Below, in pieces: positions 1 to 6,373 of a stretch of DNA of 38,517 nucleotides. Source of the DNA: a virus (taxonomy: Duplodnaviria > Caudoviricetes); the IMG/VR virus record IMGVR_UViG_3300037692_000242, positions 1-38,517 of that record. The stretch is one strand, 5' to 3'. A model generated the notes under the pieces. It did not search any database. It worked only from the letters and a program-made list of their open reading frames with translations, and was not told the origin of the DNA. A program made the position numbers and the translations under genes. Position 1 is the stretch's first letter. Every line of letters starts with the position of its first letter.

Positions 1-115
1 GTACGGTTGCAGCTGCGAGTCTGCTGGGCCGATCTTTGACGCTGAGGCGTGTGGCGAATGCCCACAAAATCAGAAATGTGATGTTCCGAAAAACCCCGAG
101 CAGTATCAAAATTGA
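1..115 (+). CDS. Small Cys-rich cassette protein, 3' part (38 aa if the window ends are joined)
   Basis: Open frame 2-115 reads YGCSCESAGPIFDAEACGECPQNQKCDVPKNPEQYQN*. The final 'at' (38516-38517) plus 'g' (1) would form ATG, downstream of AGGGGAGG. The ORF lies between two attC-like sites. Confidence 0.6.
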   Translation, partial: YGCSCESAGPIFDAEACGECPQNQKCDVPKNPEQYQN

Positions 116-119
116 TTTC

Positions 120-208
120 ACATAACGGCCAATGATAACCGGTGGCGACGGATGGAACGGGCCTTGACCACTGCCGCATATTCCATCCGGTTGATCAAAT
201 TGTTAGGC
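120..208 (-). mobile_element. attC-like recombination site (array site 4)
   Basis: ACATAAC(120-126)...GTTAGGC(202-208). Arms TGATAACCGG / CCGGTTGATCA with one extra base in the right arm; inner stem GGATGGAA/TTCCATCC. Confidence 0.88.
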
Positions 209-225
209 ATTTTTGAGGAGGAAAC

Positions 226-792
226 ATGGGATCCAGCGAAGATATCAAAATTAAATATTTTCTTGGCGAAGGGAGTGAGTCCCTTGCAATTATCCTTGAG
301 GCCAAAAAGGAGCAAACCCTGCACTTCGAAAAGGTAAACGCTCTTGTCTCCAAATACGGTGCTGATGCCGCATGGGGTGGACGTGCGGAACTCTCGGCCC
401 TCGCATTCAACCATGATCCTTCGGTAAAGCCAGAGATGAAAGAAGGTTTTTTGCGGCCAAAGATCCACACCAGTGATGGTCAGAGATATGCCGTTTATTC
501 CCCGGACAAGCGTTACAAGGAGGGGAAGGGTCTTGCACGGGAGCTTAAAGGCGTGGGAACTTTCAATTTTAGCGACTGTATTGTGGAAAAACTAGGCCTC
601 ACATGCAGTGTGTTCGGCCAACTCGACGGCAGGTGGGTCAGATGTTCGACTTCCGCCGGATGCTACGGCGAACGGATTGTTGTTCGGTTCCCCTCTGGTG
701 GCGACTCGCGGCCCCAAGAGATTGCGCTGCATCCATTTCTACGGGAAATCAAGCGGTCGGAGTTTATCGCAATTTCAGAAGAAAGTGCCTAA
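226..792 (+). CDS. Hypothetical cassette protein (188 aa)
   Basis: GAGGAGG RBS before ATG; stop TAA lies inside GCCTAAC; cassette ends GTTAGGCA/TGCCTAAC are complementary. Confidence 0.85.
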   Translation: MGSSEDIKIKYFLGEGSESLAIILEAKKEQTLHFEKVNALVSKYGADAAWGGRAELSALAFNHDPSVKPEMKEGFLRPKIHTSDGQRYAVYSPDKRYKEGKGLARELKGVGTFNFSDCIVEKLGLTCSVFGQLDGRWVRCSTSAGCYGERIVVRFPSGGDSRPQEIALHPFLREIKRSEFIAISEESA

Positions 793-870
793 CGGTTACT
801 GATAACCGGTGGCGACGGATGGAGGCAGGATCGCTGCTGTTATTCCATCCGGTTTATTAGATTGTTAGCG
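787..870 (-). mobile_element. attC-like recombination site (array site 5)
   Basis: GCCTAAC(787-793)...GTTAGCG(864-870); arms CTGATAACCGG / CCGGTTTATTAG; core nearly identical to the site at 120-208. Confidence 0.88.
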
Positions 871-896
871 GTTTCGCGCCGCATGGAGACGCAGGT

Positions 897-1310
897 ATGT
901 ACTTAGGATTTTTGGAAGAAGGTGACCGCTGCCGAGAAAACCAATGCGGCGGTAAGCTCAGGTTCCCGAAGGTGGAAAATTGCTCGTGCCACATAAGCCC
1001 GCCTTGTGGTGCTTGCACGTCGATCAGGCTTACGTGTGATGCCTGCGGGTGGGTAGATGACGCCCCGGAATACATCGATGCCCCTGTCGCACCCGGACTG
1101 GCTATGCGAGAGTGTCGACCTCGCCCCCTAGACAGCACCAAGATCGACTACAGAACAAAGAGGCACAGCAGCTGTTCAATGCTAATTGAGGGCGTTTACC
1201 CGCTAGGGACGACCAGAGAGGAAGTGGTTGCCTTGGTCAAAGGCACGTTCGGCGGGAGATTCGAAACATTCGGCAACGGCAAGTTCAGATATGTCGCGTA
1301 CACCGATTGA
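897..1310 (+). CDS. Cys-rich, probable zinc-binding cassette protein (137 aa)
   Basis: GGAG RBS; motifs CxxxxC, CSCHISPPCGAC, CDACGW; cassette ends GTTAGCGGT/ACCGCTAAC. Confidence 0.85.
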   Translation: MYLGFLEEGDRCRENQCGGKLRFPKVENCSCHISPPCGACTSIRLTCDACGWVDDAPEYIDAPVAPGLAMRECRPRPLDSTKIDYRTKRHSSCSMLIEGVYPLGTTREEVVALVKGTFGGRFETFGNGKFRYVAYTD

Positions 1311-1318
1311 TGTTTGAC

Positions 1319-1422
1319 CGCTAACGATAGAGATAAGGGGCTGGTGCAGAATGGCTGTGAACCAGCGAGACTATCGAGAACACTAATTGCCGAACCAGTC
1401 CCGCTTCATTGACGGGTTAGGG
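1319..1422 (-). mobile_element. attC-like recombination site (array site 6)
   Basis: CGCTAAC(1319-1325)...GTTAGGG(1416-1422); arms GATAAGGGGCTGGT / ACCAGTCCCGCTTCATT with extra bases in the right arm; spacers 6 nt (left) and 5 nt (right). Confidence 0.88.
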
Positions 1423-1442
1423 CGCAGATCGGAGACGAAACC

Positions 1443-1631
1443 ATGGCAAGTGAATTCGAGAAATACCGACGCAAAGCGATTAAGTACGGGTGGACCATGC
1501 CGGCCAACGACGCATTCGGGCCGAATGTTTGGTTGCGTTATTGGCAGGATATGGATCAGTGCCGCAAAGACCCTTCGGGTGGCCGGCCAGTAGCTCCCCA
1601 CAGAAGCGGTGGTGGGCAGGTATTCAGGTAA
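1443..1631 (+). CDS. Hypothetical cassette protein (62 aa)
   Basis: GGAG RBS; fills the cassette bounded by GTTAGGGCGC/GCGCCCTAAC. Confidence 0.7.
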   Translation: MASEFEKYRRKAIKYGWTMPANDAFGPNVWLRYWQDMDQCRKDPSGGRPVAPHRSGGGQVFR

Positions 1632-1634
1632 GCG

Positions 1635-1722
1635 CCCTAACCTTTCAAGAATAAGCGGCTGCGGCGAGGCGTTGGGCCTATGCACAGCCGGTTATTCAGT
1701 CCGATTAATTCTAGGGTTAGGT
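1635..1722 (-). mobile_element. attC-like recombination site (array site 7)
   Basis: CCCTAAC(1635-1641)...GTTAGGT(1716-1722); arms GAATAAGCGGCTG / CAGTCCGATTAATTC with extra bases in the right arm. Confidence 0.85.
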
Positions 1723-1746
1723 GGCCACCTTCCAAAAGGGGACGAA

Positions 1747-1935
1747 ATGCGGGTAGATGCGGATAAACACACCGTTGTTTATGCACTGTGCGAGATGCAC
1801 GAAATAACAAGGAAGCTCTGGCACATAAGGGAATTAACCAGGGCCGCAGGCAACCATGATGCGACCATTGAAATAAACGAACTGGTGGACATTATGCAGG
1901 TGATGCTACCTGCCCCGATTAAGAAGGCCACCTAA
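1747..1935 (+). CDS. Hypothetical cassette protein (62 aa, MRVDADKH...)
   Basis: AAGGGGA RBS before ATG 1747; stop TAA inside ACCTAAC; cassette ends GTTAGGTGGCC/GGCCACCTAAC. Confidence 0.75.
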   Translation: MRVDADKHTVVYALCEMHEITRKLWHIRELTRAAGNHDATIEINELVDIMQVMLPAPIKKAT

Positions 1936-1988
1936 CGAGGGAGGTAAGCGCGTGAGCGTAGCGAATCCGCTTGACCGTATTGTTATAC
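1930..1988 (-). mobile_element. attC-like recombination site, 59 bp (array site 8)
   Basis: Minus strand reads GTATAAC-AATAC-GGT(C)AAGCG...CGCTTACC-TCCCTC-GTTAGGT: the classical 59-base-element layout with 5/6 nt spacers and an extra C in L''. Confidence 0.9.
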
Positions 1989-2524
1989 CTCATGGTGGCT
2001 ACCGCACCATAGTAGCAGACCCGCCGTGGAAGTACGGCAAATGGGGAAAGGCCAGCATTGCACCGTGTGGTTCCACCTACGCGCCACAAGACAGCGTGAT
2101 GCCGTACCAGACGATGACGGTGGCCGAGATAACCGCATTGCCTGTTGCCGAGGTTGCCGCTGTCGATTGCGATCTCTACTTGTGGACCACCCAGCGGTAT
2201 TTGCCTGTAGCATTCGATGTGCTCAAAGCGTGGGGCTTCAAATACTGCCAGACGTTGACATGGTGCAAGAAGCCGAAAGGGACGGGTCAGGGCGGTTTGT
2301 TTTGCCCCACGACCGAATTCTTGCTGATCGGCCGCAAAGGGCGGATGCCTAAAGGAAAGCAGCGGATCGACACGACCTGGTGGGAAGTGAAGAGGCCGAT
2401 GCGACACAGCCAGAAGCCGGAGCATTTCCAGGACATCATTGAAATGCAGGGGGAAGGGCCACGACTCGAGCTTTTTGCCAGACGCCACCGCCCCGGCTGG
2501 GACGTGTGGGGTAATGAGGTATAA
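1952..2524 (+). CDS. MT-A70 family N6-adenine methyltransferase (cassette-borne)
   Basis: IVADPPW catalytic motif, LYLWTT, WGF.Y, RHSQKPE, LELFARR..PGWDVWGNEV; GTG start with GGGAGG RBS. Confidence 0.92.
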   Translation: MSVANPLDRIVIPHGGYRTIVADPPWKYGKWGKASIAPCGSTYAPQDSVMPYQTMTVAEITALPVAEVAAVDCDLYLWTTQRYLPVAFDVLKAWGFKYCQTLTWCKKPKGTGQGGLFCPTTEFLLIGRKGRMPKGKQRIDTTWWEVKRPMRHSQKPEHFQDIIEMQGEGPRLELFARRHRPGWDVWGNEV

Positions 2525-2542
2525 CCTTTGATTAGCCGGACC
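2519..2542 (-). mobile_element. attI-like insertion site terminating the array
   Basis: Minus strand GGTCCGGCTAATCAAAG-GTTATAC resembles class 1 attI1 (GCCCTAAAACAAAGTTRRRY) in having CTAA-N6-GTT; no inverted arm, so it is not an attC. Confidence 0.6.
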
Positions 2543-2555
2543 GTGCAAGGTTGAC

Positions 2556-2870
2556 ATGTACCGTAAACGCACCAAGGGAAGTCGAAAGTTCAACGAACGC
2601 ATGGCCGCCGCCCGTGCAGCAAAGGAGCGTCTCCGCCTTGAGGGAGACGCTCCTGATTACCCCGCTGAACCTCTCCTGATCCGCCGGCGGGTGATCATCG
2701 AGGACTACGACTGCGGCCAGGTGGTGCGGCACGAATTTACCCTGGCCCGATCCGGGCGGATTGACAGCTACGATGTTTCGGCCGATGGGGTGTCCCTCGG
2801 CCGCATGGGGTGGGCCAGAACTCTTGTTTTTGTCCGCAAGGCGTTTATCCGGGTGGGGAGGTTTGACTGA
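2556..2870 (+). CDS. Hypothetical phage protein (104 aa)
   Basis: AAGG RBS; co-oriented with neighbours; no tyrosine-recombinase motifs. Confidence 0.7.
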   Translation: MYRKRTKGSRKFNERMAAARAAKERLRLEGDAPDYPAEPLLIRRRVIIEDYDCGQVVRHEFTLARSGRIDSYDVSADGVSLGRMGWARTLVFVRKAFIRVGRFD

Positions 2871-2877
2871 GGGTCGC

Positions 2878-3207
2878 ATGAAATTTAAGAAAAAGCTCCC
2901 GGGACGAAGCAAAAAATACATGGAGTGGGTCAGAACCCTGCCGTGTTGTCTCACTGATATGATGGCCAACGACAACCAGAGTGTCGACCCTCATCACGAA
3001 CCGCTTCCCGGACATGGGACGATGGGGGGGAAACCCTGTGACAGCCGGTGTCTTCCTGTGGCGCATTACCTTCATTGTGAAATGGAGGATTGTAACGGCG
3101 GGAGAAAAAAGGTTTGGGGTCGGTACGGGGTCGATCCGGAAGAGGAAATTATCAAGGTACGGCAGTTGTGGATTTCACTTGGAGGCAAAATCTTTTGGGA
3201 GGTCTGA
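2878..3207 (+). CDS. DUF968-like / HNH-type Zn-finger protein
   Basis: YMEWVRTLPCC...DPHHE...GHGTMGGKPCD...LPV..H pattern; start moved to ATG 2878 (GAGGG RBS). Confidence 0.75.
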   Translation: MKFKKKLPGRSKKYMEWVRTLPCCLTDMMANDNQSVDPHHEPLPGHGTMGGKPCDSRCLPVAHYLHCEMEDCNGGRKKVWGRYGVDPEEEIIKVRQLWISLGGKIFWEV

Positions 3208-3208
3208 G

Positions 3209-3370
3209 ATGAAAAAATCGTGGAGGGAAAGGGAGGACGAGGCGCAGGCGGAGTACCTGCGAATTTGGCGGGAGAAGCATCCCAAGGGCGGGGAGAAGAC
3301 GGTGCTGTGCCTGGCTATCTTTTTTATCCTCTCTCCAGCGGTCATTTTCTATTTTGGTTTTATTTATTGA
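3209..3370 (+). CDS. Small membrane protein (53 aa)
   Basis: GGAGG RBS; C-terminal hydrophobic stretch VLCLAIFFILSPAVIFYFGFIY. Confidence 0.6.
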   Translation: MKKSWREREDEAQAEYLRIWREKHPKGGEKTVLCLAIFFILSPAVIFYFGFIY

Positions 3371-3382
3371 TCAGGAGGCGTC

Positions 3383-3784
3383 GTGATAAAGTTTTGTCCG
3401 GGATGCGGAAAGGATCGGCCTGTCGAAGAGTTCTGGAGTCATAGCGGCAAAAAGGATGGTTTGCAGTCTCGTTGTATCGAGTGCAACGGGACGATGCGGA
3501 GGGTCGACCGCGGCTTGCCGGCGGACAACGAGACAATGAGGACAAGTTGTTGGGGGCTGGAAAAGACGGAGGGGTATATCAAGGTCAAGGTGAAATGCTG
3601 GTCTGCCCGTGAGGGGTGTCCCGGGGAGCGGGACTTCATTATTGCTGAGGGTGACAAGACGCCCCGTTATGTCTGTTCCTCCTGCAACGAAAGCGGATAT
3701 GAGCGGGGCATCAGAATGTCGGACGCTCTGGTCAGGGTCATCAACAAAGAACTTTTGCGGGAAGGGCACAGCGATGGAGTTTAA
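3383..3784 (+). CDS. Zinc-finger protein (HNH-associated-type N-terminal finger)
   Basis: KFCPGCGKDRPVEEF...DGLQSRCIEC plus a second Cys cluster; AGGAGG RBS, GTG start. Confidence 0.75.
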   Translation: MIKFCPGCGKDRPVEEFWSHSGKKDGLQSRCIECNGTMRRVDRGLPADNETMRTSCWGLEKTEGYIKVKVKCWSAREGCPGERDFIIAEGDKTPRYVCSSCNESGYERGIRMSDALVRVINKELLREGHSDGV

Positions 3785-4025
3785 CACCAAGGAGGGGGAC
3801 AAGGCTGTCCACGCCCACGACAACGACTGGCTGCAGCCTTCGGCCAATCCCTTCGGACACGGCTGCTGTGATTGTGGTCTTTATCACCAGGTCACGTATC
3901 GGATCGTTGACAAGAAAGGCCGGGAGATTAAAGGCGCCGTGCTGCAAATGCGGTGGTCTCACGATCGGGTAGAGACCGCCAGGCTTAAACACCACATGTT
4001 GGGGGAAACTGCCAAAAAAGATTGA
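3774..4025 (+). CDS. Hypothetical phage protein with CCDCGLxH motif (83 aa)
   Basis: Start at ATG 3774 overlaps the upstream gene end; GCCDCGLYH metal-binding motif. Confidence 0.7.
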   Translation: MEFNTKEGDKAVHAHDNDWLQPSANPFGHGCCDCGLYHQVTYRIVDKKGREIKGAVLQMRWSHDRVETARLKHHMLGETAKKD

Positions 4026-4079
4026 CTTTTCCCCATAGACTGAGACAGGATGGTCCCTGAATTAGACCGCGGGGATGCC

Positions 4080-4688
4080 ATGGCAGTTAAGGGGGACAAA
4101 AAACCTGCGAAGAAAAAGCAAGGGGACCGGCGTAAAGTCGAGTCCCCTTCTGTCGTCAAGGGGTCTGAGCCTCTGGAAAATGAGCGGCACGAAATCTTCT
4201 GCCAGGAAATACTTTTGATGAAGCCGCAACTTCGATGTTACTCCAAAGCATATCCGGAATGCAGCTATGCCTCCGCCGCCGCAGCGTCGACCCGCCTGTT
4301 AAATGACGTTAAAGTGATCGACCGTATCCAATTTCTCCGAGAAGAGCAGCGCAGCCGGTACAAAATGACCGCCGACGATATCCACGCACGGCTCGTCATG
4401 GCTGCATTCGTCGACCCGGCAGACCTCTTTAACGCGGATGGTTCCTCTATCGCGGTTCATCTCCTCCCTCCCGAAATAAGACTCTGCATCGAATCCCTCG
4501 AAATAGACGACATCGTGATCGGGGAAGGTCTCGAAAAGAAGATCATCGGCACGACCAAGAAGATCAAGGTGATCAGCAAGACAAAGGCGCTTGAACTCCT
4601 CGGGCGGCATCAGGGCATGTTCAAGGACAACATCAATCACACAGGTGGGCTCACCCTGGAGCAGATTGTCGCAGGGGACCATGAGTAA
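4080..4688 (+). CDS. terS: Terminase small subunit
   Basis: HEIFCQE..., AY, ASxLL, DPADLF, KxKALELLGRHxGMF motifs; directly upstream of TerL. Start could be 4050 or 4080. Confidence 0.88.
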   Translation: MAVKGDKKPAKKKQGDRRKVESPSVVKGSEPLENERHEIFCQEILLMKPQLRCYSKAYPECSYASAAAASTRLLNDVKVIDRIQFLREEQRSRYKMTADDIHARLVMAAFVDPADLFNADGSSIAVHLLPPEIRLCIESLEIDDIVIGEGLEKKIIGTTKKIKVISKTKALELLGRHQGMFKDNINHTGGLTLEQIVAGDHE

Positions 4689-6153
4689 GGGCAACGCGAG
4701 AATACGCCAATGGCGCGAGTACCCGGCTCAGTTTGTTGCCGACAATTTCCACATTGAACCGGACGCATGGCAGGTGGATGCTCTCAATGCTCTCGGAGGC
4801 GGATACAATCCCGTTCGGCGCGTCGGGCTTAAAGCATGTACTGGACCTGGCAAAAGTGCTCTCCTGGCATGGGCCGGCTGGCAGCGGTTATCTTGTTTCG
4901 CGAAGAACGGCGAACACCCGAAGGGTGCGGCCCTGTCTATTACCCGGGAGAATTTGAAAGACAACCTGTGGACGGAACTGTCGAAGTGGCGGGACCGGTC
5001 AGACTTCCTCAAAAAAGCCTTCGAGGTTACCAAGGAGCGAATCTATGCTTTCGACCATCCCGACACGTGGTTCCTCTCTGCTCGGTCTTTCAGCAAGGAC
5101 GCTGATGCTGATGCTATTGGTCGAGCTCTGTCTGGTCTTCACAGTCAGTTCCCGTTCCTTCTCCTCGACGAAACAGGTGACATGCCCACCCAAGTTCTTC
5201 GGACTGCCGAGCAAATCTTCACTGGCTCTCCTACCGACGCCCTTATCCTCGCCGCCGGCAACCCGACCAGCACTAACGGCCTGCTTTATCATATTTGCAC
5301 CAGTGGGCGCAGCAGCTTCCTCGTCATCACGGTCACAGCGGACCCGGACGACCCGAAGAGAACGCCGCGCGTCAGCAAAGAACTCGCCCGGCAGCAGATT
5401 GAAGACCATGGGAGAGACAATCCCTGGGTCATGGCGACGATCCTTGGACTCTTTCCGAAGGTTGGATTTAACAACCTGATCGGCATCGAGGACGTAGAGA
5501 AGGCCATGAAGCGGGTGTATCGTCCTGACGCCTATTCCTTCGCCGCCAAGATTCTCGGGGTCGATGTGGCCAGGGAAGGGAACGATCGCTCGACCATCTG
5601 CCCTCGACAAGGCTTGGTGGCCTTCAAGCCGAAGATCTTTCGTAATGCCAAGAGCAACGTTCTGGCCGGCCACGTCGCCATGGCTGAGGACAAGTGGGAA
5701 GCGGACGGGGTGATTGTCGACGGGACAGGCGGCTACGGGTCTGGAGTCATTGACGCCTATGACACCATGGGGCGGGTGGCTTTCGACTGCCAGTTCGCCG
5801 GCAAACCGTTTCGGGCCAAGTTTGTCAACAAACGGGCTGAAATTCTCTGGGATTTCTGCGAGTGGACCAAAAACGGCGGGGCCTTGCCGTACCTGCCGGA
5901 GTTGATCAAGGAAATGACGGCGGTGACCTACACGTTCCGAGGCGACAAGATTCTGGTTGAGCCCAAAGAACAGGTCAAGTCGAAGATCGGTGTGTCTCCT
6001 GACCTCATGGACGGGTACGCTGTGACCTTCGCCTTTCCTATTCATCCGAGACCCCGCAGCGGGAACAGAGAGGTCGGCATCGGTCTCTTTCCTTCCGGTC
6101 TGGCGCCGAAGAAAACCGGAGACTATAACCCTCTTGAGGAGTATTCACGATGA
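4681..6153 (+). CDS. terL: Terminase large subunit
   Basis: Walker A-like TGPGKS, Walker B LLLDE, GNPT coupling motif, nuclease GVDVAREGND and SPDLMD; ATG 4681. Confidence 0.95.
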   Translation: MSKGNARIRQWREYPAQFVADNFHIEPDAWQVDALNALGGGYNPVRRVGLKACTGPGKSALLAWAGWQRLSCFAKNGEHPKGAALSITRENLKDNLWTELSKWRDRSDFLKKAFEVTKERIYAFDHPDTWFLSARSFSKDADADAIGRALSGLHSQFPFLLLDETGDMPTQVLRTAEQIFTGSPTDALILAAGNPTSTNGLLYHICTSGRSSFLVITVTADPDDPKRTPRVSKELARQQIEDHGRDNPWVMATILGLFPKVGFNNLIGIEDVEKAMKRVYRPDAYSFAAKILGVDVAREGNDRSTICPRQGLVAFKPKIFRNAKSNVLAGHVAMAEDKWEADGVIVDGTGGYGSGVIDAYDTMGRVAFDCQFAGKPFRAKFVNKRAEILWDFCEWTKNGGALPYLPELIKEMTAVTYTFRGDKILVEPKEQVKSKIGVSPDLMDGYAVTFAFPIHPRPRSGNREVGIGLFPSGLAPKKTGDYNPLEEYSR

Positions 6154-6365
6154 AAAAAGCAACGGCCTTTATTACCTGTTTCGGCGGTCCCAAGCCCCCG
6201 GCTGTGACGCCGCAACTTCCCCCTCCCACAGCGCAGGATGATGCGGTCACCAGTTCGCGGGACAACGAGAGACGACGGCGCAGGGCTGCAGCCTCGAATA
6301 CCGTTTTGACCTCTGGCGACGCAGCGCCGGCAGCGACTCAAACGAAGACCCTGCTCGGGCAATAG
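6150..6365 (+). CDS. Small virion protein preceding the portal, with AFIT leader
   Basis: CFGGPKPP...RRRRAA..TVLT...KTLLGQ is typical of the small pre-portal protein of T7/BPP-1-like podoviruses; ATGA overlap with terL. Confidence 0.85.
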   Translation: MKKATAFITCFGGPKPPAVTPQLPPPTAQDDAVTSSRDNERRRRRAAASNTVLTSGDAAPAATQTKTLLGQ

Positions 6366-6373
6366 GAGACGCC

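Noticed and set aside
120-870. Repeated 24-bp sequence as a CRISPR array
   Set aside because: Only two copies, separated by a whole gene, with no cas genes; explained as sibling attC cores.
120-1988. Intergenic hairpins as simple rho-independent terminators
   Set aside because: They lack U tracts, have conserved TAAC/GTTA ends and asymmetric bulges, and their boxes match across genes rather than within a hairpin.
2556-2870. Gene next to the attI-like site as the integron integrase
   Set aside because: Only 104 aa, with no R-H-R-H-Y tyrosine recombinase residue pattern.
6150-6176. AFIT leaders as type IV prepilin (class III) signal peptides
   Set aside because: A basic leader and A|F junction are reminiscent, but most lack the +5 Glu and the hydrophobic helix that prepilin peptidase needs; kept only as a remote possibility.
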